Made by a program: the position numbers and the translations under genes. A stretch of DNA of 64,000 nt from a virus: the IMG/VR virus record IMGVR_UViG_3300028802_000398, one strand, 5' to 3'. Below are positions 61,886 through 64,000 of this stretch, one piece after another; the first letter of the stretch is position 1; every line of letters begins with the position of its first letter. Below the pieces are notes generated by a model. That model did no database searches, had not been told where the DNA came from, and was given only the letters and a program-made list of their open reading frames with translations.

Positions 61886-63154
61886 ATGCCAGAGAAGAAA
61901 ACTCCATCTGCAAACTCATCAGTTGCGGCGCGGGCACGTGCTGCCATTCTGAAAGCCACGGGCATGAAGCCTCTGCAGCCTGGCTCACACTCATACGGGT
62001 ATGTCTCCACTGGGTCATTCTCGGTAGACATGTTGATCGGCGGAACCAAGACGCTGGACGGCAAGGGTGTCATCTGCCCTGGATTTCCGCGCCGTCGCAT
62101 TACGGAAGTTTACGGGGCTGAGTCGAGTGGTAAGACCACTCTGCTTATCTCGGCGATGGTTCAAGCGCAGAAGGCCGGAGGCAAAGCGCTGCTAATCGAC
62201 TTCGAGCACAGCCTTGATCTTAGCTACGCTCAGAAGCTCGGGCTGTCTATGGACGAGGATAAGATCCTTGTCTACCAGCCTGATAACATGGAGGCGGGGT
62301 TCAACGTGATGTACCTCGGTATCATGTCGGGCTACGATATCATCGGCGTAGACTCGGTTGCAGCGATGGTGCCCAAGGCCGAACTGGAGAAGGGCTTTGA
62401 CGACGCGGCCAAGATCGGCGCCGTGGCTGCGAAGTTCTCGCGCGAACTTCCCAAGTTTGTGTCTTGGTTGAACAGGTACCCGGTCCTCCCTGGTGACAAG
62501 GAGAAGAAGGTTCGAGACCCAAATCACCCCGGCACCGCGTTGGTTTTCATCAATCAGGTGCGAGCGCTGATCTCGACGAGCGGCTATGGCGGAGGCGGTG
62601 GAGATCAGGAGAATACGAGCGGCGGCAAAGCGCTGAAGTTCTTCGCTTACGAGCGGCTACGTCTCGCGAAGATCAAGGCGGAAGTCATCGAGCGCATCGA
62701 CCCCATGACCGGGAGGAAGAAGCGCTACCCTTACGGCAACGTCACTGACGTCAAGGTGGTGAAGTCAAAGATCGATGCCAAGCAAGGCCACTCGACGCAG
62801 ATCTTCATTCGGTATGGGAGCGGTATCGACGATTATTTCTCGGTCATTGAGACGGGCGCCGCGTACAAGCTCATCCGCAAGGATGGTGCGTTCTACACGC
62901 TCGGGACTGAACGATTCAAAGGTCGTGACGCATTCCGCAAGCACTTGATCGACAACCCGACGGTGTATGATGCACTGCGCCTCAAGCTGGCTCAGGTCGT
63001 CAACTCCGGCGCTGTGGCAGCAGAGGAAGAGCCCGAAGAGGACGAGCTGGTCACGGCGTTTGATGGCGCTGATGATGTTGACGATGATGATGACATAGCG
63101 GCTGTCGTCGAATCCGTCGCCGAAGAGATCCTCGCTGAGGATGCCGCGGAGTAA
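61886..63154 (+). CDS. recA: RecA/UvsX recombinase
   Basis: EVYGAESSGKTT, IDFEHSLD, VDSVAAM, FINQVR, TSGGKALKF. Confidence 0.95.
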   Translation: MPEKKTPSANSSVAARARAAILKATGMKPLQPGSHSYGYVSTGSFSVDMLIGGTKTLDGKGVICPGFPRRRITEVYGAESSGKTTLLISAMVQAQKAGGKALLIDFEHSLDLSYAQKLGLSMDEDKILVYQPDNMEAGFNVMYLGIMSGYDIIGVDSVAAMVPKAELEKGFDDAAKIGAVAAKFSRELPKFVSWLNRYPVLPGDKEKKVRDPNHPGTALVFINQVRALISTSGYGGGGGDQENTSGGKALKFFAYERLRLAKIKAEVIERIDPMTGRKKRYPYGNVTDVKVVKSKIDAKQGHSTQIFIRYGSGIDDYFSVIETGAAYKLIRKDGAFYTLGTERFKGRDAFRKHLIDNPTVYDALRLKLAQVVNSGAVAAEEEPEEDELVTAFDGADDVDDDDDIAAVVESVAEEILAEDAAE

Positions 63155-63156
63155 CA

Positions 63157-64000
63157 ATGGTTCGTGTCGACGTACATAACTTCCAATCCATTCAGGATGG
63201 TGTCGTCGATATCGACGGCTTCTCTGTGGTGGTTGGGCGTAGTAACATCGGTAAGAGCGCGCTGGTCAGGGCAATCAAGGCAGCCCTGACCGGCGCTCCC
63301 GCCGATAACTACGTTCGACACGCGCCGGACTGCCAGCGAATTCTGAAAGGGTCCAAAAGCTGTAAGTGCTTTTGCTCCGTTCATATTCAAGGCCCCGGTG
63401 TTGATCTGCTTTGGGAGAAGGGCGACGCGGTGAATCGGTACGTGCACAACGGGTCTGAGCACACCGTGGTTGGTAAGGGCACGCCGGAGTTTCTCGGTCC
63501 GGCGTTTGCTCCGATTCACATCGGGGGCGACACGACCCCAACGTTGTTGCAGGTCGCGGATCAGTTTCGGCCGTTGTTCATTCTGGATCGCTCCGGCACT
63601 GCAGTTGCGGACGTTCTCTCGGATGTTGCGAAGCTTGACGAGATCAATGATGCGTCCCGTGCCGTTGAACGTGATCGCAGAGAGTGTTCGTCAACACGTA
63701 AAGTGCGGGAAAGGGACCTCAAGGAGCTAGAACAGACGATTGCGCTCTACGCTGACCTCGATACTGTGCTTGTTCGCGTCAAGGCGGTCGAGGCGGGCGC
63801 TGAGGCCGTCGCGGCACTCGATGCGAAGGTTAAAACAGTCGAGCGCCTCGCGGCTGCGTCTGCTGCCGTTGTCAGCGCGATCGGGGCCTTGGCGCCTGTC
63901 GAGACGCTTGAGGTTCGCCCCATTGCCAGGCTCCTGGAGCAATCGGCGACGCTGGGCACAGTGACTAGGTGGCGAGATTCGTTGCACGCCAAGGCGGCAG
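63157..64000 (+). CDS. SbcC/Rad50-like SMC ATPase, truncated by the window end (not in the ORF track)
   Basis: MVRVDVHNFQSIQDGVVDIDGFSVVVGRSNIGKSALVRAI Walker A; QVADQF Q-loop; coiled coil. Confidence 0.85.
   Translation, partial: MVRVDVHNFQSIQDGVVDIDGFSVVVGRSNIGKSALVRAIKAALTGAPADNYVRHAPDCQRILKGSKSCKCFCSVHIQGPGVDLLWEKGDAVNRYVHNGSEHTVVGKGTPEFLGPAFAPIHIGGDTTPTLLQVADQFRPLFILDRSGTAVADVLSDVAKLDEINDASRAVERDRRECSSTRKVRERDLKELEQTIALYADLDTVLVRVKAVEAGAEAVAALDAKVKTVERLAAASAAVVSAIGALAPVETLEVRPIARLLEQSATLGTVTRWRDSLHAKAA

Noticed and set aside
51166-63154. Inteins or introns in nrdJ, ligA, recD2, recA
   Set aside because: Lengths and motif spacing are normal; no C/S...HN-C/S/T intein ends or LAGLIDADG motifs.

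Overview
This window reads as part of a large (jumbo-type) tailed-phage genome, GC-rich and using the standard genetic code. The host is not shown directly; a myxobacterium-like host is only my inference from the cargo genes. Left part (0-13 kb): SF2 helicase, zincin peptidases, a G-poor origin-like stretch, two divergent sigma-factor-like genes and two DNA methyltransferases. Middle (13-31.5 kb): about 40 canonical tRNA genes covering all 20 amino acids, interleaved with degenerate tRNAs, structured ncRNA candidates, small genes and a host-like 5-PAS hybrid histidine kinase. 32.5-37 kb: a vWA / E2-like / JAB / ubiquitin-like / Zn-ribbon / E1 operon. Right part: two more vWA proteins, GroEL, HolB/HolA, class II RNR, LigA, RecD2, a possible SSB, RuvC-like, RecA and a truncated SbcC-like gene. 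The most striking unexplained signals are: (i) a compact cluster (18780-19583) of four related tRNA-like RNAs that share a large bulged hairpin in the variable region, one of them circularly permuted with a tetraloop-closed acceptor stem; (ii) a phage-borne ubiquitin-like conjugation operon whose Ubl has a 3-aa tail after the terminal Gly; (iii) a shared RV-x-x-R-[YF] terminal peptide on many unrelated proteins, including two ADP-ribosyltransferase-like paralogues, which tends to co-occur with one of two recurring upstream promoter-like motifs. All calls are manual pattern reading; no database searches or folding programs were run.
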